DNA of 64,000 nucleotides from Eledone cirrhosa (Eukaryota): NCBI GenBank assembly GCA_964016885.1, contig OZ024741.1, positions 291,648,001 to 291,712,000 of the forward strand, read 5' to 3'. Shown piece by piece: positions 52,311 to 64,000 of this stretch (position 1 is its first letter; each line of letters starts with the position of its first letter). The notes under the pieces were generated by a model. It saw only the letters and a program-made list of their open reading frames with translations, ran no database searches and was not told where the DNA came from. The position numbers and the translations under genes were made by a program.

Positions 52311-52346
52311 TCTTAACGTTTCGGATGCTAGTCCTTCATCAGAAGA
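52311..52346 (-). ncRNA. Minimal type I hammerhead ribozyme motif
   Basis: UCUU CUGAUGA A GGA-CUAGCA-UCC GAAAC GUU AAGA; a related copy with mutated core (CUGCUGA) lies at 62443-62478. Confidence 0.6.
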
Positions 52347-52450
52347 TAGAATGAGAGACTGTTGATGTGAATGATATACTTTTGTGTATGATATACCTTT
52401 TTTGAAAATGAGATGATACATAGATATATAATTATATCCATACATATATC

Positions 52451-52484
<34 letters not shown>

Positions 52485-52885
52485 CATATATAGGTATATA
52501 AAAATATATATGTGCGTGTATTTTTAATTCTATACATTTATGCATACAGATCCCTATATATGGGAGGAGGGTTTGTATTAAAAGTTGTATACACTATTTG
52601 GTGTTTTAGAATATATTTTCAATGGATTATATAGCTGGTGCAATTGCCAGCCCTTCGAGTGTGGATGCCTCCTTCCGAGCTACCTGGGTCTGTGTGAGTG
52701 TGAGTGTGAGTGTGTTAGTGTGTAGAATGAGAGAAAGCGAGAGAGGGGGGGGGGGGGGGCGAAAGAAAGAGAAAGAGTGTATGTAGGTCTGTGTGCGAGA
52801 GAGAGGGAGAGAGAGAGAAAGAAAGGGTGAAGGTGAAAGATAGATAGAGTGTGTTTGTATGTCTGTGTATTTGCGTGTGTGTATC

Positions 52886-52960
<75 letters not shown>

Positions 52961-52973
52961 ACGAGCGAAGGTG

Positions 52974-53019
<46 letters not shown>

Positions 53020-53083
53020 TGAAGGTGTGAGGTAGAGAGAGAGAGAGTGTGCGTGTGTGTGTTTGCATGTATGTGTATGTGTA

Positions 53084-53170
<87 letters not shown>

Positions 53171-54550
53171 AAGGGAGAGAGATAGATTTGAATACAATAT
53201 ACATAAACACATTTATATGCCCATCTATTACGAACTTGCACAAATATTCACACAAACACCTGTGGAAGTATTCCTTTGAAAAGAAAAGAATACGAAATGT
53301 CCTGTTACTACAGCCTAGAGAATGACAACATATGTTGACCGACTGGATCAAAATAGAGGATAAAGGCGTTTCTCCGATAATGTATTAAAGAACAGAGCCA
53401 TAAGGAGTGCTGTGGTGGTGGTGAGAAAGAAATAAGGCGCTGTGAAGTGGCTTAATGGAATCTTACTAAAATATCTCTTTTATATATTTTCTGCAATTCT
53501 TGAAGAAACTTTCGACTGATGTCGTTGTTATATATGATTCATATTTGATATCTGATGTATCTCCTTATGTGTGTGTGTGTGTGGTGTCAGTGTGTGAGAG
53601 TGTGTGTGTGTGTGAGAGAGAGAGAGAGGAGAGAGCGTGTGTATGGAAGCGTAAGGTTAAGAGGCTTGAGAAGAACGATCTTCTTCTTCTTCTTCTTCTT
53701 CTAAGGTGAATCATCCATTTTCCTTTTTCGAGTTACTAGAATATATGCGGCTTGCTACACCCCCATACTCATAGTTTTCTCCGCTAACTGGAGCATTTGG
53801 ACCAGTCCATTTTCGAATTAACAGTTGCTCATCTTCGAAGTCTTTGGTGTTGACGACGTCAAGGTCATCTAATCAAACTCAATCGTTGCATGAGACTGCT
53901 TACTGTGAGACAAACAGGTGTTTTATCGAGCCGTACTACGTTAGATCCGCCCAGGTTCTGCTAAACTTTACTATGATAGCCATATCAGAAGCACCACTGG
54001 ATGATGTCGCTTTTCACCACACAAGTCGGTCTTCGAAATGAGTGAGGCTAAATTCTCAGCTTGAATGGGCATATATTGCGCGTCATCAAATAGAGTCAGA
54101 TTATTGCGTGTAGAGAAAAAACGGCAATTAACTGAGACTATCCTTGCTACAGGAATCTCCCTTTAGGGGCTTTCAGTAATCCAAAAGCAGGCACGAGAGA
54201 AAACTCCTGTAGTCCGAGCTGATCCAATCTTTTCATATAATTTAAAACAATCTAGATGGAGTGGAGTTTGTGCATACGCCGATTTGGTTAAAGCACTGGC
54301 GTGTTTCGGTGTTATTAGATCTCCTCAGCGAAACGTATACTTGCTAGAAAAGTTGAATAGTCTGCGAAATGTCTGACATAGATATAGAAAAGGGAAAAGA
54401 AATAATACGGTAATTATATGTCAATAAAAAGTAAGGTAAAAATCAACGAAGGGTGAATCAAGTGTATATATGCAAATAGAATCTCTTAGTTTGAGTGTGG
54501 TGACTGTAAAAGGAATTCGATAAACTGCTCGCTATTTCCAAACCATAGAC

Positions 54551-54605
<55 letters not shown>

Positions 54606-54726
54606 CTCTTTGTCGTGAGTAAAAGACGTTTACATGTGAGGAGAAAGTGTGGTCGATATACAGATCTGTTCTGTAGAGTGTGAGTAGAATCTGGTATCTG
54701 TGACACACAAACACACACGCAAACAC

Positions 54727-54831
<105 letters not shown>

Positions 54832-55440
54832 CACATATATATATATATATAATCAAGGTTTAGCAAATAGAGAAAAAGTTTTAAAATAAATTTCAAAACG
54901 TTCACTGTACTTACTATATGTGCCTTTACCGCGGTTTTCCGACCCTAAAATAAACAGATAATCCAAGCGGATTTACATTGAGAATGAGATCATCGTCAGA
55001 AGGCTTTTCTCACTCGGAAAATATAAAATTCTCGAGTTCAAATCACAAATTGGCGCCATACAAAACTGTTCCCGAATGAGAGTGAATGAGAGAAGAGACA
55101 ATCTTGTCTAGTGCCGTGTGCAAAGACAGAAAGCAGGGCGGACAGGTCAATGTCCTGCTACTAAAAATAGAAGCCGTTCAAACGACCGAAAGTTTTCTCA
55201 ACTTTAGGGGGGAATAATAATAAAAGTATGTGTTCCTATTTCTTCTCTCATTCACTCTCATTCGGAAACAGTTTTGTATGGCGCCAGTTTGAAATTTATT
55301 TTAAAACTTTTTCTCTATTTGCTAAACCTTGATTTTATATGTTCTGGCTTGTTAATTTATTAACCTGCCATTGAACCACACTGGCATACGGTTGGACAAT
55401 ACTTGTATCCCTATATGTATTTTTATACATCTAGGAACAC

Positions 55441-55553
<113 letters not shown>

Positions 55554-57559
55554 TATATATATATGTATACCTATTCTAAGTAAATATAGAACATCTCGAA
55601 CCCAGAAAATAACTATGAATACAGTTGATTGATATAAATAATTGCTTAGAAATTCAAGTTAAATACCTATAAACGAAAAGAATTGTGCACCAGCTACGTA
55701 ACGAAAAGTTTCGGGAGAGTAAAGCAGTTCTTCAGAAATAAGATCGGCGGATGCGTGTCAATGAGGGACAGTCTATCCGTTTTCCTCTTCAGACCAGCGT
55801 GCTTCGTCTGCAGGCATTATCGTATGGCTTTAGAGAGTATTGAATAGCCGAGGATATAGGCTCATAAACTGTCTGACAAACGAATAACAGGGCGAAATGG
55901 GCTAGCAACAGTTTCATTTACAAGGTATCGGTGGACCCGAAATTTATGTAAATAAATTTCACACAAAATGCTACGCAGTCGGATCGAATCCGAGACCTAA
56001 TGATTGCGAAACGAACCTATAATCTATTGGGCCATGCTGAGTCTACAATTTCATAAAGAAAGTTAAATATGGAATGTTTAAAAGTTGTTCCTTTCCACAA
56101 AGAACACACTGTGACATAGTAACTAAAAGGACATAAATAAAATCAGGTAATTCTGTTTAAGGGAGGTAACTCTTTATATTACGGTAGAAATATTAAAATA
56201 CACAGGATAAAATAAATTACAGGAGTTATTTCCCTTGTATTTACTATTTCATGCATACGGCAATATAACAAAAACAACGGATTCATCTTCGTTTTTTAGT
56301 AGCTATAGTTATTATTTAACCCCAGATCAACTATGATCGACAAACCGATCATTTTTTCCGGAATTAGTGTATCTGGGACAACAATATCTAATGTGACCTT
56401 TGTTTATACCTTTTTAGGAAACAATAGATTTATATTTAAGTGTAATTTATTTGCTATATCTAACAGATAGGAGCCGCAGGAGATTACATCGTTGGCTTGT
56501 TATCCAGTCACTTTTCACTACAGCTTGACAGGATTTCATTGATATATAAATTCATTCTTTGGTGTGTAATATGGTACATCAAATTGGCGGAATCGTTAGA
56601 GCATCAAGCAAAATGCTTAGCATCATTTAGTTCAAATATTGCTGTGGTCAGCTTTGCCTTTCATTCTTCTGGGGTCGATAAAATAAAGCAACATTAAAGT
56701 ACTGGGGAGGGGGGGGGGGTTGATAAAATAAAGTACTAGTAAAGTACAGGGGTCGATTTTATTGATTTTATTCGTCGGCCAATTGGATTTGCATGGAATG
56801 GTCCCGTAATTCTTGGTGGAGTCATAGGGGCACCGTATTGGCATGTGGTGTTTCTCGGGCACTTTAAACCTGGCGCAGCCCATTCCTCTCCAGGTCGGGA
56901 CACAACAGATTTATTCCAGTGAATGATAGACGGAGAGTATGGAAGTGAGAAAGAGATATAGAGGAAGAATCGACCCCAAATGCATGAAAGGCAATTTTAA
57001 GATCGACGTAATCTGAACTCAGCGAGCCGAAATGAATACCACAAAGCATTCTATCCGACAGTCTACCGACTCTGCCAATTCGCCGCCCAAATAAATAAGA
57101 AACAATTAAATTAATTGTTTCTACTTTAGGCACAAGGCCAGCAATTACCCAGTGTATTACTGGTACTTTATTTTATCGACCCCGTAAGGATGAAAGGCAA
57201 AGTTAACCTCGGCGGGATTTGAACTCAGAATAGCAAGGGCCGTAACTCTATGCGTCAAAGCATGGCGTTCGACTCTCTACCAATACTGCCAATCCACCGC
57301 CCTTTAAGAAACAATTAAATTAATAATTAATGGTAAGAATTAAGTAGGTCTAGTTGCATCAGTATATACGTATGTACTTTCTCGATTTTATTTATTGTTT
57401 TAATTATTTATTTTAATGTGAACTGGTCAGGAGGAAAACATTGTTGGTACGGATTTTGCAGATCCTCACGCAATCAAGTGAGATGAAATTGTTTATGCTT
57501 TCATTTAATTCTTTGGCTGGCTTCAACCATTTGACTGCGTCTTTTTTCGGAAACCGTCA

Positions 57560-57622
<63 letters not shown>

Positions 57623-59938
57623 TGTGTGTGTGTGTGTATTGTCACATCACCAGTCTGACGAGCACATCATTACTGGTATCAGGTCCATAACTCCTACGGG
57701 TTACCTTCAGCCAATTCTCTGCGGAACGCACGTAACAGCTCTATACACAATAAATATTTTTCATATGTAAACGAAACTTCCTCATTTTTTCTATTATATA
57801 TATAATATAGTAGTTGAAACTCAGGAAATCCAAAGTTGGTAGAGCACTCAGTCCAAAGGGCGAGTTTGGTTTATAGTTAATTCCACAACAATTACCAAAC
57901 GATAATTGAGAACACCTGCTTCGCCTAAATAGGATTTTCAACTCGTCACGAGCTCGATTAATCAACCATCTGAAATCGCTCAAACCAGGGAGAAATCGAA
58001 ATATTTTTGAGATAGTTTTATCGCCACGGTACATTTGCAATATGTGTGGCTTAATTTGCAAGTCAGTTGGTGGACTGACAAGGCATGGTAGGATGTATTA
58101 TGACACACTCCACCCGGTAATGCCAGGAGGCAGGCAGTTCAGATGTTACATCAGTCGGTCATTTAGCATTGATCTTGTTTAAAAGGCGGTGATCGAAGAC
58201 GTCTAGCTGAAAAGTAAAATCATCGTTTCTTATATAGAGCGTGTACATATGCATACACACACACACATACACGCGCGCGCGCGCGCACACACACACACAC
58301 ACACAGACACTCTTACAGACATATACATAAATATATATATATATATATACATATATATTTTTTTTTCTTTTGCAACAGTATTGTACAAGGGTATCATTTA
58401 GTTATTAGGTATTTTGAAAATTTCAAGGAAAATTTCGATCTATGGCAAGAAATTTTATTAGCTTCGGACAAGTGCTTAAGTTAACATTATTATGGAACAA
58501 TATAATCATTTTTTTCTACAAGAAATATAATGAATATAATTATCATTAACTTGAGTATCAAATTTGGCATGTGCTAATAGCTTCAAAATAATTTTTATGG
58601 GTTCTGATACTGTTATCTTTTAAAATCGAGATTTATATCGACATATTTTTCTAAGATCTTTCTGAACTTCTGAAAGCATATTTGTGTTGATTAAATCTAA
58701 ACTTAAAGGGATATTTAATCAACCCTATATAATCATTATAAATCGAGTCATTAGCAAAGTATACTTTCGCCCAATAAACTTTCCAATTGGAAAGACATTA
58801 TCTAAATAACAATTTGTGGGATTAAAATAATTTTGTATAAACGGGAAGATTTGGCTGTAGGTAGCGATTTAGTGATATTAAAGTGAATATTAGGTATTTT
58901 TACCTAATTTGTACACAATTATACGTTAACTTAACGTTATTCCTATTAAAAACCTTGTAATTTTTATGGTTTTTCAGAAAATATTTATCTAATAAACAAA
59001 TGGTTTAACGATACATATAGTCACATTATGTTTATACAGAACATTAAACCAAGTTTCGTGTTTCAGAATTAATATTATTATGACATAATTAATCTCATCA
59101 TTAAAACAGCTACGTTTAACACTTAATTATTATAAGTGCCCGTTTTGTTGAAGGAAGATGTTTAAGATAAAATACTTGATAACCCTATTAGCATTTCCAT
59201 TAAATTCTTTATATTAACAGGCGCAGGGTTTGATGTATTATTTATATGCTATAATTTTTCAATTGCCTCTTAAATAGGTAATATGTATAGGCTCCTAACA
59301 TTAAAGTGCTATCTAAAAATTTAGCATTGTATCAGTTTCTATCAACAATAATCTTTAGATGTGCGTCTTCAAAGGGTTCAAATACATTCTTTCTGAAACT
59401 ATCTAAGCCATAATGAGTCTATGATACCGATATAAATCATGCTAAGATGATAAAACTGGTTATGTAATAAATGTAAAATATTAAGGTAAATCAACTCACA
59501 TATATCCGCAGCCTAGGCAACACTGTTAGATCAAAAGAATCAACATAATTCTTTATTTTGGAAATAACAGAGAAACGTGAGGCGGTGGCTACGGAGGCGT
59601 TGGCGGGTCTCGTACGGCGACGGATATCATGCGGCAGGCGGCTGGCTGGAAAATGACTGCACGAGCTCCTGCAATTATTGCACATAATTCAGTCTCATGC
59701 ATTCCATCGCCCGTGACCACGGCCCTGACATACTTGAATATCTGCACCTGCTTGAATGGAAGGAACTCCCCTCACATATAGAGTGCATTGTGCAGGCCTC
59801 CTTGTGAGGATGAGTGTCTCAGTTTTCGCAACACTGATTTTAATTCCAGCCATGCAGCACTGGGCATCAAACCTATCAAGTGCAATATAGATTCCATATA
59901 TATAGATAAACACACAAACACACACACACAAACACACA

Positions 59939-59979
<41 letters not shown>

Positions 59980-62085
59980 CAGTGGCGTAGCTAGGGTGTG
60001 GCAAGCAGGGCACATGCCACGGGCGCCATATTTAGGGGGGGGGGGCGCAATTTCGACCTAGATTGATTTACATCCATGTCGTTTTTATCATTTTAAAAAA
60101 TATAAGCCAAAAATGAAGCATGTGATTTCTTGATAGCTTATTTCCGCGCCATGTCTAGTGCACTAGACAGAGCAGATGTCTGATTTGACTTCACAAAGAC
60201 GCCCACCCCCCCTCCACACTGACAGGAGGGTGGGTTGCAATTATGCAGGCGCTATGTTTAGCTATACATTGCAAAACAGCGGATAACTCACTTGACTTTA
60301 CAAAACCGCCCCCCGACCCTCACACTGACTGAAGAGACGTAGTTTTGGACGTGCAACTGGTTGACACGCAGGCGCTATTTTTAGCAATGCATTGCAATGA
60401 CCAATACAAGTTAATTATAATTATGAAACTGGTTTACAAAACAGAGTAGTTTGTCTTTTACAACTGGTACATAAGACATATAGAAAAGGTATCATAATCC
60501 AAATGGCCAGATAGGATTGGATAGCTTCTATTAGGAATTCAATTTGACTCCAGTTTAGATGGTTCAATGTTTTCTTCTATAATACAGTTCGTCAGAATTT
60601 ACTAAATCGTATCCAAAAAGCAAGATACTATGGTCTGCTGATTGATTCGACCCCTGACCAGGCGCACCGAGAACAACTGTCAAACGTTGTGCGATATGTC
60701 GATGTTGATTTCAATATGAAGACGGTCGTTGTGAGGGAATCTTTTCTTGGATTCATTCAAGTAATCAAAAAAGATGGCGCAAGCCTTGTTGAAACAATCG
60801 TGAAAGAGCTAGAAAAAGATGACCTACCACTGCAGAACTGTCGATCGCATTGCTACGACAATGCTGCCATAATGGCTGGGCACCGCAGTGGGGTTCAGCA
60901 GAGAATTAGAGAGAAGAAGAATTTCATTCACTTCGTTAATTGCGGTAACCATTCACTTAATCTGGCTGGTCTCCATGCAGCCAAAAACGATTCTGCTATG
61001 ATGAACTTTTTCAGTCGCATTGACTCGTTATACAACTTTTTTTATCGTTCAACACGACGATGAGAAGCCCTTAAAGAAGTTTCTCCAGTGGTTGTTAAAT
61101 ATCCTTCCGACACGCGGTGGAGTGCTTGAAGTACCGCAGTCAGACCGGTGGCGAATTATTTGACGCTGATTGTTCAGGTTCTCGAAAAAATTAGTGATGA
61201 TGAAACAGAGACATGCGAGAGTAGAAGTGATGCCTGTAATTTCCATAATCGGATACTGAGTTATGAATTACTGAACTTGATTGGATTCTGGAACACGATT
61301 CTCTCACGAATTGACCGGGTTCAAAAGAGACTTCAAGATCCAAGAATGAATTTTCACGATGCTGCAGCTGATATAGGAGCTCTGCAACTTTATTTTAAAG
61401 AAGAAGGAACATCCTTAATCCACGAGTCTCTTGAAATGGGCTTCGACCTCTGCCAGCAATGGAATGTCGATTTTCCGAGGAGGCGAGGAAGACGACAAAC
61501 CAATACCGAAATTACTAAGGACGTCAAGGTGACTGCCAGAAAAGAGATAGAGAGAGCAATGGAAAGTTCACTCAATCGTCTTCAAACCAAAATGGAAGAA
61601 CGGTTTATTCGACTTAAGGAAACCGACTCAAGTTTTGGCTTTCTTCTTGATGTCAACTATCTGTTTTATTTGGCTGCTCCTGATAACCCTGTCTTTAAAC
61701 AAAGGTGCAATAGTCTTGCGGAACTATACAACTCCGACATCGACATAGAGAAATTGTATGAGGAAATCTTGGGCTGCCGATCTTTGCTGGCTACTAGGAC
61801 AGCTGACCAATTTTAAAAGCGGAGGCACTTCTCCAATTCATCATACAATACGGCGATGAATGTGTTTTTCCAAATTTGCGAATCAGTATTCAAATAATGT
61901 TGACGATTCAACCAGTTTGCCTCATTAAAAGCCCGAAAAATCAAGTTGTAACCGTTTTTTAAAAATATTATTATAAATTCTACCGCAATTTCGTCTTTGT
62001 GGATCTTGACTTTTTTTTTTTGGGGGGGGGGGGGGCGCAATTTTGATGCTTGCCCTGGGCGCTGTTTACCCTAGCTAGACCACTA
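59980..62085 (+). mobile_element. Defective hAT DNA transposon with 17-bp imperfect TIRs
   Basis: Left TIR CAGTGGCGTAGCTAGGG (59980-59996), right CCCTAGCTAGACCACTA (62069-62085), inserted in (TA)n. Transposase remnants: IDSTPD...EQLS.VVRYV, CYDNAAIMAG, CGNHSLNL, DTRWS; in-frame stops, N-terminus deleted. Confidence 0.9.
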
Positions 62086-62316
62086 TATATATATATATAT
62101 ATGTATATATATTGATATGCGAATATCATCACCCAAGCACTGCCATCTTACTGATTAACGTTATGCGTGCATTCTGACAATGTGTTAGCATTCTTTCAAT
62201 TGAAAGCCTATGATCTCACCACAATGAATGGTGGCTGGGGCTCACTGTTGTACATTCGGCGGTCTTCGTAAACTAACTGTATATATATACATGCTTATAT
62301 ATACACATACAAATAA

Positions 62317-62368
<52 letters not shown>

Positions 62369-62919
62369 AGAAGTAACAACACAATAGGTACAGTATATGG
62401 AAGGAATATATTAGTTTAGCGCTTGAAAAAGCAGGAAGAGGGTATTAACGTTTCGGACGCTAGTCCTTCAGCAGAAGAAAGAATGCGAAATTAGAAAGAT
62501 TGAAGGGACGGACTTGGTGGAATTGGAAAAAATATTTTTAGAGAATAATAACAGGTCCATTCATATTGCTATCTCTTAACATACCCCCCCCCCCCCACAT
62601 ATATATATATATATATACACATACACACAAACACACACATACACATATATATATATTTACACACACACATATATATATATAAAGTAATAAGAATATTTAT
62701 ATTTATATATGTTTCATACAACTATAAATATAGAGGGTAGTACTAAGTACTAGCCTGTTACCGGAATGATGAAAGGCTCAATGCAAATTTTCAGGTGTTT
62801 TACAGAGCCGAGATACAAAGTCTTAAAACGTTCAAATTTTAGTTTAGAACATTTATTTGCTGACAATTGTTTCTTCCAGAGGGAAGTCTAGATCCATCGG
62901 AGCATAGGGAATGTCGAAA

Positions 62920-63030
<111 letters not shown>

Positions 63031-63528
63031 AACTGTTTCTACTTTAGGCACAAGGCCAGCAATTATCCAGTGCATTACTGGTACTTTATTTTATCGACCC
63101 CGTAAGGATGAAAGGCAAAGTCAACCTCGGCGGGATTTGAACTCAGATCGTAAAGGGACGTAACTATGCTGGAAAGCATGGCGTCCGACCCTCTAACGGC
63201 GATGAATTAGTTTTGCGAGGTTTTTTATATGAAATCGTGTGTCGAAACAAATATTGTTATACTTGGGGAGGGTCATATTTGTGTAATAATATTGCCAGAA
63301 TTAATAACAGAACACACTCACTGTTTGGTTGGATTTCGCTTCTGTGTCCTTTATATCGGTTAATTTAATTTATTCAGTCCTCAATGCTACCATTGACTGA
63401 CTAACGGTCAAAAACACAGATACAATATAGACACAAACTTATATATATAATCTAACAAAATTCTTTCGTTGCATAGCTAGAAATAAGATTAGACAATAGT
63501 AGACCGGTATACTAAGAAACAGAGCTGA

Positions 63529-64000
63529 CCAGATGTCCAACAACTTGGGAGGAAACCTATAGAGGGCTTGGTTAGCCTCAAGCAGCGCACAAGGGATGGT
63601 GAGGTAGTATGTTTACCCACGGATAAGTCTGATAGGATGTCAATAGACAGCATGCCGAACTACATCAAGGCTATGCAACCCCACATCACCAACACGAGCG
63701 AAATTGCACAGCAAATACATGATAGGAGACAGAACATCCTCAACGCTCACATAATGATGTGGACCGACATCCTAAAGCAAAGCAAACGCACTGCCAACAA
63801 ATTCCAGGCGTCTAATAATGGCATACCGCCCTTGTATGGGCTCCGCAAAGACCACAAGACAGTCGACGACCCGACAACAGGACCACCAACAAGACCCGTA
63901 TGCGGAGCAAATATAGCTAGCAAATACAGGATCGCCTACTTCCTCTCACTGGTTATACGCCCCATAATGAAGATGTCCCCAGATGTATGTGACAGCACAG
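63529..64000 (+). mobile_element. Penelope-like reverse transcriptase N-terminal region, running off the window
   Basis: Open frame ...VCLPTDKS...IPPLYGLRKDHK...TRPVCGAN..., motifs typical of PLE RTs. Confidence 0.8.

Noticed and set aside
57741-58110. 106-aa - strand ORF and a + strand C2H2-like motif (YICNMCGLICKSVGGLTRH)
   Set aside because: The zinc-finger word resembles the C-terminal finger of RTE LINEs and is surrounded by stops; most likely a decayed LINE end rather than a host gene.

Overview
AT-rich eukaryotic (animal) genomic DNA, saturated with (AT)n, (CA)n, (GA)n and (TACA)n microsatellites and a very abundant tRNA-derived SINE. This combination suggests an octopus/coleoid cephalopod (inference only). 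Most ORFs in the track are microsatellite artefacts. Hidden among the repeats is a + strand tandem cluster of three paralogous spliced genes of an uncharacterised secreted protein family. Gene A shows only its last two exons (7752-8883). Gene B is complete (5 exons, 28242-36877, 277 aa). Gene C is complete (5 exons, 39526-51423, 280 aa). B and C share intron phases (1,0,0,0), a signal-peptide exon, a divergent linker and the motif RFELAATFG; all three share DLA[IV]LRFPD, CRFN and D..FDM at the C-terminus. The spacing of these motifs tentatively suggests a Cyt/volvatoxin-like fold. Mobile DNA includes a near full-length frameshifted RTE LINE, several Penelope-like (RT/GIY-YIG) fragments, an RLE-type LINE fragment inside (TACA)n, a defective hAT transposon with TIRs and a non-autonomous Helitron inserted into a SINE. 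There is also a 35-bp minisatellite with 490-bp higher-order periodicity, several minimal hammerhead-ribozyme motifs, and long fold-back palindromes that each keep the 3' half of a hammerhead core.
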